Source: Escherichia coli (GTDB lineage Bacteria; Pseudomonadota; Gammaproteobacteria; Enterobacterales; Enterobacteriaceae). Taken from it: a DNA stretch of 64,000 nucleotides. Below are positions 32,390-44,553 of the stretch, in pieces. A model generated the notes under the pieces. It was not told where the DNA came from. It saw nothing but the letters and a program-made list of their open reading frames with translations, and did not search any database. The stretch lies in the NCBI RefSeq assembly GCF_044324785.1, contig NZ_CP172127.1; one strand, written 5' to 3'. The stretch's first letter is position 1. Each line of letters begins with the position of its first letter. Both the position numbers and the translations under genes were made by a program.

Positions 32390-33028
32390 ATGAAAAAACT
32401 ACCGGACCATTTATCCAGGGAATGCATCATCGCCGCCATTCGCGCTTACGATGCAGGCGTTGCGCATCAGTTTAAAAGCGCGCGTCTGTATGAGATCGAG
32501 TTTGAGGGGCGTCGGTATCCTTCAAAAGCCATCGTCGGGTTAGCGGCCACGCTTGCGACGGGAACGGAATTTACCCCGGCGGATTTCAGCGGGGGGATTA
32601 AATCAAAATGCGTGCGTCTGTTACTGGAGCAAGGATTTACGATCGCGTCGCAGGGCGCTGGCGATGACGAGGTTGCGCTTTTCCCCGATGAGGGGCAGAC
32701 GACCATGGAGTACGTGGAAGGGGCGGCGTTGCAGGTGGTGGTCAATCGCTATGAGCGCGACCGTCAGGCTCGTCAGGCGGCGCTTCGCCTGCATGGCTGC
32801 CAGTGTCAGGTATGCGGTCTGGATATGGCCAGCCGCTATGGCGATATCGGCCAGGGCTTTATCCATATCCACCATCTCATCCCGCTGGCCGGGATAAAGC
32901 AGGACTACCGCCTGAACCCTGAAACCGATCTGATCCCGGTATGTCCCAACTGCCATGCGATGCTGCACCGGCGAGATCCGCCGTTTACCCCCGAAGAGCT
33001 GAAGGCCCGGCTGCGCCCCACAGACTGA
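32390..33028 (+). CDS. McrA-like HNH endonuclease with a distinct N-terminal domain
   Basis: C-terminus CQCQVCGLDMASRYGDIGQGFIHIHHLIPLAGIKQDYRLNPETDLIPVCPNCHAMLHRRD parallels the E. coli McrA HNH motif (C.NCG…HHVIPLS…CPNCH..LH). Confidence 0.65.
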   Translation: MKKLPDHLSRECIIAAIRAYDAGVAHQFKSARLYEIEFEGRRYPSKAIVGLAATLATGTEFTPADFSGGIKSKCVRLLLEQGFTIASQGAGDDEVALFPDEGQTTMEYVEGAALQVVVNRYERDRQARQAALRLHGCQCQVCGLDMASRYGDIGQGFIHIHHLIPLAGIKQDYRLNPETDLIPVCPNCHAMLHRRDPPFTPEELKARLRPTD

Positions 33029-33072
33029 CATCCGACAGCGCTCGCTTTAATTACATCAAACACACCACAAAC

Positions 33073-33099
33073 CCCACGCTACCTTACCGGTAGCGTGGG
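33073..33099. terminator. Hairpin between convergent genes (HNH + / GH43 -)
   Basis: Perfect 11-bp stem CCCACGCTACC / GGTAGCGTGGG with TTACC loop; T-rich flanks are modest. Confidence 0.45.
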
Positions 33100-33110
33100 C
33101 CCACTCTCTT

Positions 33111-34790
33111 TTACTTATCCCGCGTCTCGCCAGCCTCCCAGCTGTAGCTGCCATCGGCCGCTAAGCTATCGCCCAGCTCCTGATACTCGAACTGATAAAA
33201 CTCAGCCTGGGTGCCGTACCCGGCGTAGTCTACCGCCGCCAGGCCGACGAACGCCCCGGTAAAGAACCCGCCGTAGCTCTGCAACACATAGTCATCGGAC
33301 AGCACCGCGGCATCCAGCTGGACCGGGATCTCGGTGAACGTCACGCCATCGAAGCTGTATTCATAGCTGTAGGTCTGCTTGCGGACTTTGGTCCGGAACC
33401 AGACGTATTCCACGCCGTCCGGCACCTTGATGGCGTTATCTTTCAGGTACGACGTGTATTTCCCGCGGTTATTTTCGCCGACTTCGATGACCTTGCCGTT
33501 AATTTCATTCCAGGTCAGGAAGACGAAGCTCCAGTGGCGGTCGTTATAGTAATTCGTTAACCCGGCCATCTGCTGGTAGCTGAAGGGCTCGAATTTCACC
33601 TTCACCGCGGCGTCAAAATAGAAGGCCTGCCAGCGGCGGGCAATCAGCGACAGATCATGCGTATTGGCTAACGAGCCCTGGCCGATTAAGGTTAATTTGC
33701 CGTTACCGGTGGTGCCCATTTTGGCCGTAAACGGCACCCGCAGGGTATTCCAGTTCGGGTCGAGGGCTGGCGACGTAAAGTCATCCTGCTGGCTATTATC
33801 GCTGGCGCTTTCGGTGAAGATGGCGTCTTTCGGTCCTTCGACGAAGGTTTTCCCGCCGTGACCGCCTTCAATACGCGGCCAGCCCTCGTCATCCCAGTAC
33901 ACTTTCTGGATCGCGGTTTCCCGGCCGAGGGTTGACCAGCCGCGCGGGTCGTAGATGGATTCCCCCGGGCGATTCCACGGCCGGGCGCAGAGCGAGGCGT
34001 AATACCATTCGCCTTCCGGGGTGGAGACCAGCGCGCCATGGCCCTGTTTCTGGATGTAGCTGTCCGGGGTGTCGACGTTGGTTAAGAACACGTCGCCCGG
34101 CTCGGTTTCAAAGCTGTCGGCCTCGAGGGTTTTCGACCGCGCCACCACCTCCTGGTGGGTAAACACGGTGCCGCCCTGGGCGGCAAACAGGTAGTAGTAG
34201 CCGTTCAGTTTATAGAGGTGCGGCCCCTCGACCAGCGCTACGGCGGTGCCGCGGTAGATGGTGCGCGCGGTTTCCGGCATTAACTTCAGCGTGTTGGTAT
34301 CCAGCTCCGTTAAGGTAATGCCATCGAAGGGGTGATGGTACTCCCGGTGATCCCAGGTTTGCTGGACGATATATTTCCGGCCATCGTCGTCATGGAACAG
34401 CGAGGCGTCAAACCCGACTCCGTTCAGCTTGATCGGGTCGCTCCACGGGCCCCGAATATCCTTCGCGGTGGTCAGGTAGTTGGTCATGTCTTTGAAGGCG
34501 CCTTCGGTGACCTTCACATCGGTATACACCAACCAGAATTGCCCGTCGGCCCAGGAGAGCGCCGGCGCCCAAATGCCGCCGGAGGAGGGGTTGCCCTTCA
34601 TGTCCAGCAGGGTGGTGGTGGAGAGCGGCGAAGGCAGCAGGTTCCAGTTTTTCAGGTCTTTCGACTCATGTAAACGCACGCCCGGAAACCACTCAAACGT
34701 CGAGTTGGCAATATAGTACGTATCCTCGACGCGAATAATACTGGGGTCGGCATTAAAGCCGCGTAATATCGGGTTTTGAATAAGTGACAT
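33111..34790 (-). CDS. xynB: Glycoside hydrolase family 43 beta-xylosidase / alpha-L-arabinofuranosidase
   Basis: 559 aa; N-terminal five-bladed propeller catalytic signature (…GFNADPSIIRVEDTYYIANSTFEWFPGVRLHESKDLKNW…) and C-terminal beta-sandwich typical of XynB-type enzymes. Confidence 0.8.
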   Translation of the reverse strand: MSLIQNPILRGFNADPSIIRVEDTYYIANSTFEWFPGVRLHESKDLKNWNLLPSPLSTTTLLDMKGNPSSGGIWAPALSWADGQFWLVYTDVKVTEGAFKDMTNYLTTAKDIRGPWSDPIKLNGVGFDASLFHDDDGRKYIVQQTWDHREYHHPFDGITLTELDTNTLKLMPETARTIYRGTAVALVEGPHLYKLNGYYYLFAAQGGTVFTHQEVVARSKTLEADSFETEPGDVFLTNVDTPDSYIQKQGHGALVSTPEGEWYYASLCARPWNRPGESIYDPRGWSTLGRETAIQKVYWDDEGWPRIEGGHGGKTFVEGPKDAIFTESASDNSQQDDFTSPALDPNWNTLRVPFTAKMGTTGNGKLTLIGQGSLANTHDLSLIARRWQAFYFDAAVKVKFEPFSYQQMAGLTNYYNDRHWSFVFLTWNEINGKVIEVGENNRGKYTSYLKDNAIKVPDGVEYVWFRTKVRKQTYSYEYSFDGVTFTEIPVQLDAAVLSDDYVLQSYGGFFTGAFVGLAAVDYAGYGTQAEFYQFEYQELGDSLAADGSYSWEAGETRDK

Positions 34791-34848
34791 TTCATTACAC
34801 CTTTTAAAATGGAAAGTGACGAATCGGTCTGATTTATAATTTTTTTAA

Positions 34849-36342
34849 CTACACGCGGATCTCATCCAGCTGACGGTTGATGTCGGTAACATGTTTATCG
34901 GAGATCGGATAAACCTGGATAATCACCATCGAAATAGCGGCCAGCGCGATCGGGATCCACACCGCGGTCATAATGATCCCGTCGATGGCGCTGGCGCTCT
35001 GCACGGCGCCGCTTTCATTAAAGCCATACACCGCCAGCAGCCACAGCGGGATCGCGCCGCCGATGGTGAAGCCGATCTTGAAGAAGAGTCCCATAATGGC
35101 ATTGATAATGGCGGCATTGCGTTTGCCAGATTTTAATTCGCCGTACGCGATGACTTCCGGTACCAGCGCCCACATAAAGCCGGTGGCGGAGGTTAAGCCC
35201 CACTGTTTAATAAAGGTGGCGATGTAGGCCAGCCACAGGGCGTCGTGCATCCCTTCGCGGGACCAGACGTAGGTCAGCAGTTCGCCGACGATAAACATGG
35301 CGAGGAACAGATGGAAGAAGCCTTTTTTACCAAAGATTTTTTTCAGTTTCGGCCAGAAAATCGGGAAGGCGATGCCGGGAATAGACGCGACGAGACCCAC
35401 CGCGCCCATCCATTCGGAGTGGCCGACGACGTACTGGTTGAAGAAGCCGTTAACAGTGTTCATGAAGAACATGAAGGTAAAGGCCAGCATAAAGAACATG
35501 CCCAGAATAACCAGCGGGCGGTTATGTCGGAGCTCGTGGAAAAGGTCGGTGGTTTTGACGTTGGCGGTCTGCTCGGCGGTCGCGACAACGCGTTCTTTGG
35601 TGAATTTATAACAGATAAACAGAGCCACCGCGCCGATGATCATATAGATGGCGTACACGCCAAACCAGGCGTAATTTGCCGACGGATCGGTATAATTCCC
35701 CAGATTCAGCTCAAGGCCAAAAAAGCCGGTGTCTTTCAGGCTGCGATCTTTCGGCGCCGCCATCTGCACAAACATCGGGAACAGGGTATAGACCAGCAGG
35801 TTGGCGCTGTTGGCCAGCATCATGCGGGTACTGGTCAGTTTATCGATCGATTCCGGGTCGCGGGTCAGCGACGCATTCAGCGAGCCATAGGGAATATTGA
35901 CTAAGGAATAAACCAGGTCCAGCGCCAGATAAATAATAAAGGCGAAAGCCACCGAACCTTTCACTCCGGGGATGGGCGCGAACAGTAATGCCGAGAGGAT
36001 CACCAGCGGCACGCCGGCTCGTAACAGCCACGGACGATATTTCCCTGCCTTCGAGGTTCGTTTATCCACGTAGGTGCCGACCATCGGATCCCAAAACACG
36101 TTAATTATGCGGACAAAAAGAAAAATAAAGCCTGCCGTTGCCGTGCTGATGGTATTTACCGTCAGCATATGCAAAGCCAGAAAACCCCCAATTGTGCCGA
36201 AAACCAGGTTTTGCGCAAAGTCGCCCATGCCATAACCAATTCGTTCTCCACGGGTTAATTTATGATATTCATCATGCCGACTGTGCATTATGTTTTTACT
36301 CATTCTAAGCAGACTCCGGTTTGTTTTGTGTAGGTGAAACAC
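34849..36342 (-). CDS. Glycoside-pentoside-hexuronide (GPH) family cation symporter, probable xyloside transporter
   Basis: Up to 497 aa (start uncertain); motif GERIGYGMGDFAQN and 12-TM profile; operon with the GH43 gene. Confidence 0.8.
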   Translation of the reverse strand: MFHLHKTNRSLLRMSKNIMHSRHDEYHKLTRGERIGYGMGDFAQNLVFGTIGGFLALHMLTVNTISTATAGFIFLFVRIINVFWDPMVGTYVDKRTSKAGKYRPWLLRAGVPLVILSALLFAPIPGVKGSVAFAFIIYLALDLVYSLVNIPYGSLNASLTRDPESIDKLTSTRMMLANSANLLVYTLFPMFVQMAAPKDRSLKDTGFFGLELNLGNYTDPSANYAWFGVYAIYMIIGAVALFICYKFTKERVVATAEQTANVKTTDLFHELRHNRPLVILGMFFMLAFTFMFFMNTVNGFFNQYVVGHSEWMGAVGLVASIPGIAFPIFWPKLKKIFGKKGFFHLFLAMFIVGELLTYVWSREGMHDALWLAYIATFIKQWGLTSATGFMWALVPEVIAYGELKSGKRNAAIINAIMGLFFKIGFTIGGAIPLWLLAVYGFNESGAVQSASAIDGIIMTAVWIPIALAAISMVIIQVYPISDKHVTDINRQLDEIRV

Positions 36343-36714
36343 TTTCTGACACAGTTGACATGGAAGAATCTATTACGTTTTTAAATTAAGTAATTATGTT
36401 TTTTTACTTCTGTGATCCTCGAAGCAAAGACCTGTATCACTTGCGTTGAGCCGCCATCCGCCGCTAATTTTTTGGCAGACAGGCAATGTGACAAAACCGG
36501 CATTTTAATTCGCTATGCCCACCTGAATTCCCCAGGAAGTGTACTCTATACGCGCGCGAAGCGAGATATTTAAAATAGTTTTATTTGCGAGATGGCTCAC
36601 ATTTGAGCATTTTCTCAATCGCTGAGTGAAATAACGTAATTGAGCAACCGACGATGAGAATACACGATGTGTCACAGTTGTTAATTTTCGGCTTCCTCAA
36701 TTTCGGAGTTCATC

Positions 36715-38034
<1,320 letters not shown>

Positions 38035-38364
38035 ATTTGGCTGACATGCCCCTGCGGGGGCATGTATTCCGCCGTGTGCCCGCTGCCGGGAAATAGCGTT
38101 TATTTGTTCGTGTTGTATTTATGCTGTCTGTGCCGAAAGGCTATCTGTTTGACTGTCTATAGAGGAACAATCCGCCGCGCGGATGGTTCTGCCATTGTGC
38201 CACCTTTTTAATATCAGTGAGGGAGGGCGAGTAGCGATAATTGTGTAATGCCTCTGTGACCGTACAAAATAAAAAATAACTTGTTCTGATGATAGCGACA
38301 TATTCTGTCAGCTCAGAATAGGCTGGTTATTGTCTGAATAAAATTAACCTATATTGAGAAACTC

Positions 38365-39747
38365 ATGACAATGATAAAAAAACTTCCATTAACCATGGCG
38401 GTTATCGCCGCGTTTTTTCCGCTTACCTCTGTAATGGCGCAAGAATTTACTCAGGAACAGATCGACGCCATCGTCGCCAAAGCCGTTGATAAAGCGCTGG
38501 CCGACCGCCAGGCGAAAATTGACGCCGCGGCCGACAAAAAGGTCGACGTCATTACCAACCCACAGACCACCGCCGCCTCGCCGGATATGGCCATTCCGTT
38601 CGGCCTCAAGTTCAGCGGCTATGCCCGCTATGGCGCCCATTTCCAGACCGGCGACCAGAAATATGTCGGCGTCGACGGCTCCTATAACGGCGCCTCGGCG
38701 ATCGGCCGTCTGGGCAACGAAAGCAACGGCGGCGAATTCCAGATCAGCAAAGCCTTCAAAAGCGCGCAGGGGGCTATCTGGGATCTCAACGTCATGTTCG
38801 ACCACTGGAGCGACGAGGTTAACCTGAAGAAGGCCTACGTCGGCGTCACCAACGTGCTGGAATCCAATCCCAACGCCTATATCTGGGCCGGCCGCGACTT
38901 CCACCAGCGTCCGCAACAGGGGATCAACGACTACTTCTGGATGAACCACGACGGCCAGGGCGCCGGGGTGAAGAACTTTGATATCGGCGGCGTGCAGTTC
39001 GACGTGGCGGCGGTGTCGCAGGTGAAATCCTGTAGCCCGGAAGTGATGGCCGACGAGACCAACCCGTCGCGTATCACCTGTACCGGCAGCTCCGACACCG
39101 GGGACAACGGCCACTACGCGCTGACCACCAAAACCCACAACATCAAGGCCGGGCCGATCGACGTCGAGGTGTACGCCAACTACGGCTTTGACTCGAAGGC
39201 GGTGGACAGCGACGCGCGTCTCGAAGCCTGGCAGGGCGGCCTGGTGCTGAGCCACACCAACGACAGCGGGGTGAACAAGGTGATCCTGCGCTACTCCGAT
39301 AACTCGGATAACAGCGTCTACAACAAAACCGACGACCTGACCACGGTCTACGCTAGCTTCGAGGGCAGCCATAAGTTCACCCAGCAGGCGCAGGTGGAAT
39401 ATCTGCTGGCCTTCCACGACTACGACAACGGCAAAGATAATACCGACAACCGCAAAAACTACGGTGCCATCGTGCGGCCGATGTACTTCTGGAACGACGT
39501 GCACTCCACCTGGCTGGAAGCGGGCTACCAGCGCGTGGACTACGACCAGGGCGGGGATAACCACGGCTGGAAGCTGACGCTGTCGCAGAACATCGCCATC
39601 GGCATGGGGCCGGAGTTCCGTCCGATGCTGCGCTTCTACGTGACCGGCGGTCAGGTGGACAACGAGCATACCGCTAAGGTCAACGGCACCAAAGACCAGC
39701 AGCTGGATTCGCTGAACGTCGGCGGGATGTTTGAGGCGTGGTTCTGA
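38365..39747 (+). CDS. Carbohydrate-selective outer-membrane porin (LamB/ScrY family) with N-terminal coiled-coil extension
   Basis: 460 aa; signal peptide, ScrY-like N-terminal helical extension, C-terminal aromatic end (…MFEAWF). Confidence 0.65.
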   Translation: MTMIKKLPLTMAVIAAFFPLTSVMAQEFTQEQIDAIVAKAVDKALADRQAKIDAAADKKVDVITNPQTTAASPDMAIPFGLKFSGYARYGAHFQTGDQKYVGVDGSYNGASAIGRLGNESNGGEFQISKAFKSAQGAIWDLNVMFDHWSDEVNLKKAYVGVTNVLESNPNAYIWAGRDFHQRPQQGINDYFWMNHDGQGAGVKNFDIGGVQFDVAAVSQVKSCSPEVMADETNPSRITCTGSSDTGDNGHYALTTKTHNIKAGPIDVEVYANYGFDSKAVDSDARLEAWQGGLVLSHTNDSGVNKVILRYSDNSDNSVYNKTDDLTTVYASFEGSHKFTQQAQVEYLLAFHDYDNGKDNTDNRKNYGAIVRPMYFWNDVHSTWLEAGYQRVDYDQGGDNHGWKLTLSQNIAIGMGPEFRPMLRFYVTGGQVDNEHTAKVNGTKDQQLDSLNVGGMFEAWF

Positions 39748-39819
39748 TGCGATAGCGTTGTCGAAGGAGCGTTCCCGGCTGGCGCTACGCTTAGCCGGGC
39801 TACGACTGGTGCGCTCCAT

Positions 39820-40045
39820 TTATGCCGGATGGCGGCATACATGCCTTATCCGGCCTACGTTTCTGAGGAGGCCTGCGGGATACCCCCCAGGCCCGGCAGG
39901 CGCAGCGCCGCCGGGCAGGACACTTCAAGCTCCATACCTGTGGTTGTGCCGGATGGCGGCATAAATGCCTTATCCGGCCTACGTTCCTGAGGAGGCCTGC
40001 GGGATCCCCTCCCAGGCCCGCGCAAGCGCAGCGCCGCCGGGCAGC
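39820..40045. repeat. Two tandem copies of a REP-type palindromic unit (about 95 bp each)
   Basis: …tgccggatggcggcata(c/a)atgccttatccggcctacg…gaggaggcctgcggga…caggcccg…gcgccgccgggcag appears twice (about 39823 and about 39948). Confidence 0.6.
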
Positions 40046-40059
40046 TGGCCCAGGTTCCC

Positions 40060-41019
40060 TCAGTTCACCGTCAGGCGCAGGGCAAGATCCTGCGGGTAGG
40101 GGTCAAAATAGTTCTGCGCCTGCAGGTAGCGATCCGGATACTCGGCCAGATAGTGCTTAAGCAGCGTCAGCGGCGCGAGGATCGGCAGCAGCCCGGCGCG
40201 ATAGTTGAGGATCACCTCCCGCAGCTCGCCGCGCTGGCGGCTGTTCAGCTGGTCGCGGAAATAACCCTGAATATGCATCAGCACGTTGGTGTGGTTTTTC
40301 CGAGAGGCGGGCCGCTTGAGGATCGCCATCAGCTTTTCGCGATAGACCTCGAAGAAAGCCTCCAGATCCTCCCATTCATGCAGCGAGGCGACGAAGGGGC
40401 CGATCTCGCGGTAGCCCGCCTGGTGGTGAGCCAGCAGCTGCAGCTTGTAGCGGCTGTGAAAGGCCAGCAGGCCGTGGCGGGTCAGGCCGCGGGCGCGCAG
40501 GGCGTTGAGTTCATGCAGGGCGAAGACGCGCTCGACAAAATTCTCCCGCAGCAGCGGATCGTGCAGCCGGCCATCCTCTTCCACCGGAAGCCACGGGTAG
40601 CGCGCCATCAGGGCGCCGGTAAACAGCCCCACGCCTTCCTTACGCCCGCGATTGCCTTTTTCATCATACAGCCGCACGCGCTCCATCCCGCAGATCGGCG
40701 ATTTGGCGCAGACGATAAAGCCCGACAGCTCGCCCAGGGTTGCCAGATGGGCGTTGGCGAAATCGGCCATCTTCTCCGTCACATCCTCGTGCGGGGCGTG
40801 GCTGAAGCGCATGCGGATCTCCCCGACCGGGGTCTGCACCAGCCGGAGCGCCGGGCGGGGAACGGGCAGGCCGATCGCCATCTCCGGGCAGACGGGCTTA
40901 AACGCCACCCACTGCGCGAGCTCATCCATCACAAAGCCCATACGCTTATGCCCGCCGTCGAATCGCACGGCTGAGCCGGTTAAACATCCGCTGATCCCAA
41001 TGACAGGTTGCGTGTTCAT
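40060..41019 (-). CDS. YbgA-family protein (DUF523 plus DUF1722)
   Basis: 319 aa; N-terminus MNTQPVIGISGCLTGSAVRFDGGHK… is typical of the family. Confidence 0.65.
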   Translation of the reverse strand: MNTQPVIGISGCLTGSAVRFDGGHKRMGFVMDELAQWVAFKPVCPEMAIGLPVPRPALRLVQTPVGEIRMRFSHAPHEDVTEKMADFANAHLATLGELSGFIVCAKSPICGMERVRLYDEKGNRGRKEGVGLFTGALMARYPWLPVEEDGRLHDPLLRENFVERVFALHELNALRARGLTRHGLLAFHSRYKLQLLAHHQAGYREIGPFVASLHEWEDLEAFFEVYREKLMAILKRPASRKNHTNVLMHIQGYFRDQLNSRQRGELREVILNYRAGLLPILAPLTLLKHYLAEYPDRYLQAQNYFDPYPQDLALRLTVN

Positions 41020-41567
41020 GGCGCTGTCCTCTCTTCTGCTGTGGTTCGGGTAAAGAAAAGGGTCACGGTGGCCACCGTAATGCCGAATTTCTTCATCTCG
41101 GTTTTGTTAAACAAATGGCTGCCGTCCTGCAGGAACATCCAGTCGTCAAAGTGCAGCAGCCACCGGCTGCCGCTGGCCTCGACGTTCATGCTGTAGCGCC
41201 AGTGAAAGGCATTGCCTGCCGCCTGGCCGCTGGCCACGCCTTCGATATCCCCGGCGGTGCCCTGATAATGGTTATCGCCGGTGCGGCGAATGCGCCACAC
41301 CCGCTGCTGTTTCTCGCCATCGTCATAGACAAAGCGCTCATGGAGCGTCAGGGTGTCGCCGACGACGTCGCCATCGATCGCTACATGGAAGCGGCGCAGC
41401 TGTTTACCGCGGCGATCCTGCACCATCCCCCACGCCTCGGTTCGACCCTGAAAATAGTGGAAGATGTCGAGGGCGGGCTGCTGCTGCCGGTACTCGGTGA
41501 CCTCGATGCTGCAGCCGGCGAGCATCAGCATCAGCAGCGCCAGGCCACGGGTCAGAATGCGTTTCAT
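41016..41567 (-). CDS. Putative lipoprotein (DUF3833-like)
   Basis: 183 aa; lipobox LAGCS after signal peptide; translationally coupled to the YbgA-family gene. Confidence 0.5.
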   Translation of the reverse strand: MKRILTRGLALLMLMLAGCSIEVTEYRQQQPALDIFHYFQGRTEAWGMVQDRRGKQLRRFHVAIDGDVVGDTLTLHERFVYDDGEKQQRVWRIRRTGDNHYQGTAGDIEGVASGQAAGNAFHWRYSMNVEASGSRWLLHFDDWMFLQDGSHLFNKTEMKKFGITVATVTLFFTRTTAEERTAP

Positions 41568-41606
41568 GGTGTACCTCCGATCAACTGCTGACGCAGTTCG
41601 GGATAA

Positions 41607-43691
41607 GTGGTGCGCGGATCGAGCCAGAACTCGCTGACGCTGAGCGCAGGAGATGTGACCAACAGCGGCCGGATTCAGGGGCAGAACATTACTCTGGATG
41701 CCAGCAGCCTGACCAGCAGCGGTGCTGTTCAGAGTGCGCTGGAGTTGGCTCTGACCCTGAGTGGCGATGTTATTGCTGCCACCGGCAGAAAAATTACCGC
41801 CCTGGGCGATGCCCGCCTTACCGGGAAAGTGCTGGGTAACCAGGGATTAATCAGCGCGAAGACGCTGGAAGTGAATGGTGATTCGCTCAGCAACGGTGGC
41901 GAAATCAGTGGTGTTAACAGCCTGAATGTGACACTCAGTGGTAATCTGCAACAGCACGGTAAAATGCTGACAGGCGGTACATTAAACGTCAACGCCAGAG
42001 ACATCAGCAATAGTGGGCAGCTTCAGGGGGCGGATAACCGAATCACCGCCAGTTCGCTGACCAACTCAGGTCGTGTGCAGGGCGACAGCGGGCTGACTCT
42101 TACATTGCTGAATGCCCTGACCAACCAGACCAGCGGTGTGCTTCTCAGTCAGAACGTATCAGCGCTTTCTGCACCTGTGCTGACTAATGACGGCACCATT
42201 CAGGGCAACGGTAAAACCACGCTCAGCGCGGCAACGCAGGCCCACAACAGTGGCAAGATTCTTTCCGGCGGTGAGCTGACGTTCACCACGCCGGACTACA
42301 GTGGCAGTGGCTGGCTACAGGCCACTGACCTGCTGCTGAACGTGGCGAAGCTTGCCGGTAATGGCACTGTGATGGCGGCGAATCAGGCAACGCTCACAGG
42401 TAACAGTCTGACCAACCGTGGCCTGTTCCAGGCTGCACAACTGAACGTCAACACGCAGACCATCACCAACAGCGGCACGCTGCTGGGTAATCAGGGCCTG
42501 ACAATAAAAGGGAACAGCCTGAACAACGCCGGCGGGAAGGTGTTCAGCGGCGGTGATATGCTTGCTGAAATGGTCTCGCTCAGCGGCGCGGGCCAGCTGG
42601 TTACACTCGGTAACCTGACGCTGAAGCTCACACGTGGTTTGACCGCACAGGGCGTTATCGCCGCGAATAAACAACTCTCCGTCAGCAGCCAGGGTGATAT
42701 TACCAATGGCGCCACATTGCAGGGCAACGGTATCACGCTGAATGCTGCAGGCAGGCTGACCAACAATGGCCAGTTGACCGCCGGCAACGGCACCACGGCA
42801 CTGAGCGGCAGCGGGATTGCGATGAATGCCAGCGGCAGCCTGCAGGCAGGCGGGGACGTCAGCCTGACCAGCAGGGGAGATATCACTCTCGACGGTTTTA
42901 CCGGCACGACGGGTAGTCTGGTGTTAACGGTCGCCGGGGCAGTCATTAACACCGCACTGTTGTATGCGGGCAATAACCTCTCGCTGTTTGCCAGCACCAT
43001 CCGGAACCATCACGGCGATATGCTGGCGGGTTACAGCCTGGTGATGCAGAAAGATGTCAGTGGTGCCGCGAATGCTGAAGTGATTAATACCTCCGGGAAT
43101 ATCGAAACCACCCGCGGTGATATCACCATCAGAACCGGACATTTACTGAATCAGCGGGAGGGTATAAATGAGACAAAATCATACATTCCGGTTGAGAATG
43201 TCGCAGTACCTGATGGTGTAAATTCTGTTTCAGTCAGAGTGGGCGATTTAGGTGAAAATGGATGGGGATATTATGTGAAGTCCTGGAGCGGTACTGCCGG
43301 TGGTGGTTTTGAGGCATGGGCCGTTCCGACTGAAAAGGGAGCCACCCGGAAATTTCTGACTGGCACAACACGCGTCGATGTTGGTGCAACAGGGGGGGAT
43401 GCCAGAATTTCGGCCGGTAATAATCTGCTGATTGACGCGAACAAACTGGATAATACGGGAAGTCATCTTCTTGCCAGCGAGTTTGTCAGCCTGTCGGGTT
43501 CACAACTGAATAATCAGTCCTTCTTTGGCTATACACAGGATGAATACAATGTGTATCGCTATTACGGCAAACTGGCCATGATCCCCAACGACGGGCATCT
43601 GCAGTATGGAGATGCTTCTGCCGATGATCGCGTTACCTTTACTCTCTCCGGAGCTCCGGAATATGTCACCAGAGACACCGGTCAGGCGTAA
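41607..43691 (+). pseudogene. Internal fragment of a CdiA/FhaB-family two-partner-secretion exoprotein (beta-helical repeat region only)
   Basis: 694-aa frame with no credible start or TPS domain; repetitive motifs (…LTNSGRVQGDSGLTL…, …ITNSGTLLGNQGLTI…); the stop codon is contributed by the adjacent IS66-family end. Confidence 0.7.
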
Positions 43692-43758
43692 GCGTACAGC
43701 CTGAACCGTCTGGTCAGAATCTGACGAATTAGACAAAGTGGTGTCCACCAAATAAGTA

Positions 43759-44160
43759 GTGGGAACCAAAGTGTCAGATATGCAGAAAAATGTGACTCCC
43801 GGCAGGCGAAAAGGCTGCCCTAATTATCCTCCCGAATTTAAACAGCAGCTCGTTGCTGCCTCCTGTGAACCCGGGATATCCATCTCAAAACTTGCTCTTG
43901 AAAATGGCATTAACGCCAATCTGTTGTTCAAATGGCGACAACAATGGCGCGAGGGAAAGCTGCTATTACCTTCTTCAGAGAGCCCCCAGCTACTTCCTGT
44001 GACTCTCGATGCAGCTGCCGAACAGCCAGAATCGCTCGCAGAGGGCCCGGAAACCCTCAGTATCAGCTGTGAGGTAACGTTCCGGCACGGGACGCTCCGC
44101 TTCAATGGCAATGTCAGCGAAAAGCTCCTGACTCTGCTGATACAGGAACTGAAGCGATGA
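43759..44160 (+). CDS. IS66-family accessory protein TnpA (orfA)
   Basis: 133 aa; first of three overlapping IS66-type ORFs. Confidence 0.8.
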   Translation: MGTKVSDMQKNVTPGRRKGCPNYPPEFKQQLVAASCEPGISISKLALENGINANLLFKWRQQWREGKLLLPSSESPQLLPVTLDAAAEQPESLAEGPETLSISCEVTFRHGTLRFNGNVSEKLLTLLIQELKR

Positions 44161-44504
44161 TCCCGTTACCTTCCGGGACCAAAATTTGGCTGGTTGCCGG
44201 TATTACCGATATGAGAAATGGCTTCAACGGCCTGGCTGCGAAAGTACAGACGGCGCTGAAAGACGATCCCATGTCCGGCCATGTTTTCATTTTCCGGGGC
44301 CGCAGCGGCAGTCAGGTTAAACTGCTGTGGTCCACCGGTGACGGACTGTGCCTCCTGACCAAACGGCTGGAGCGTGGGCGCTTCGCCTGGCCGTCAGCCC
44401 GTGATGGCAAAGTGTTCCTTACACAGGCGCAGCTGGCGATGCTGCTGGAAGGTATCGACTGGCGACAGCCTAAGCGGCTGCTGACCTCCCTGACCATGCT
44501 GTAA
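44157..44504 (+). CDS. IS66-family TnpB (orfB)
   Basis: 115 aa; [28 protein letters not shown]… typical TnpB; 4-bp overlap with orfA. Confidence 0.85.
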   Translation: MIPLPSGTKIWLVAGITDMRNGFNGLAAKVQTALKDDPMSGHVFIFRGRSGSQVKLLWSTGDGLCLLTKRLERGRFAWPSARDGKVFLTQAQLAMLLEGIDWRQPKRLLTSLTML

Positions 44505-44553
44505 ATCTCTTTATCCTGGTTGTCACAGAATAAGCCCGGTAAAATACGGGCTT

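Noticed and set aside
38389-39819. 476-aa minus-strand ORF antisense to the porin gene
   Set aside because: Low-complexity, Arg/Gly/Val-rich translation typical of antisense frames in GC-rich DNA; the sense strand encodes a coherent porin.
40153-40974. 273-aa plus-strand ORF antisense to the YbgA-family gene
   Set aside because: Same reasoning; the sense strand carries the recognisable family N-terminus.
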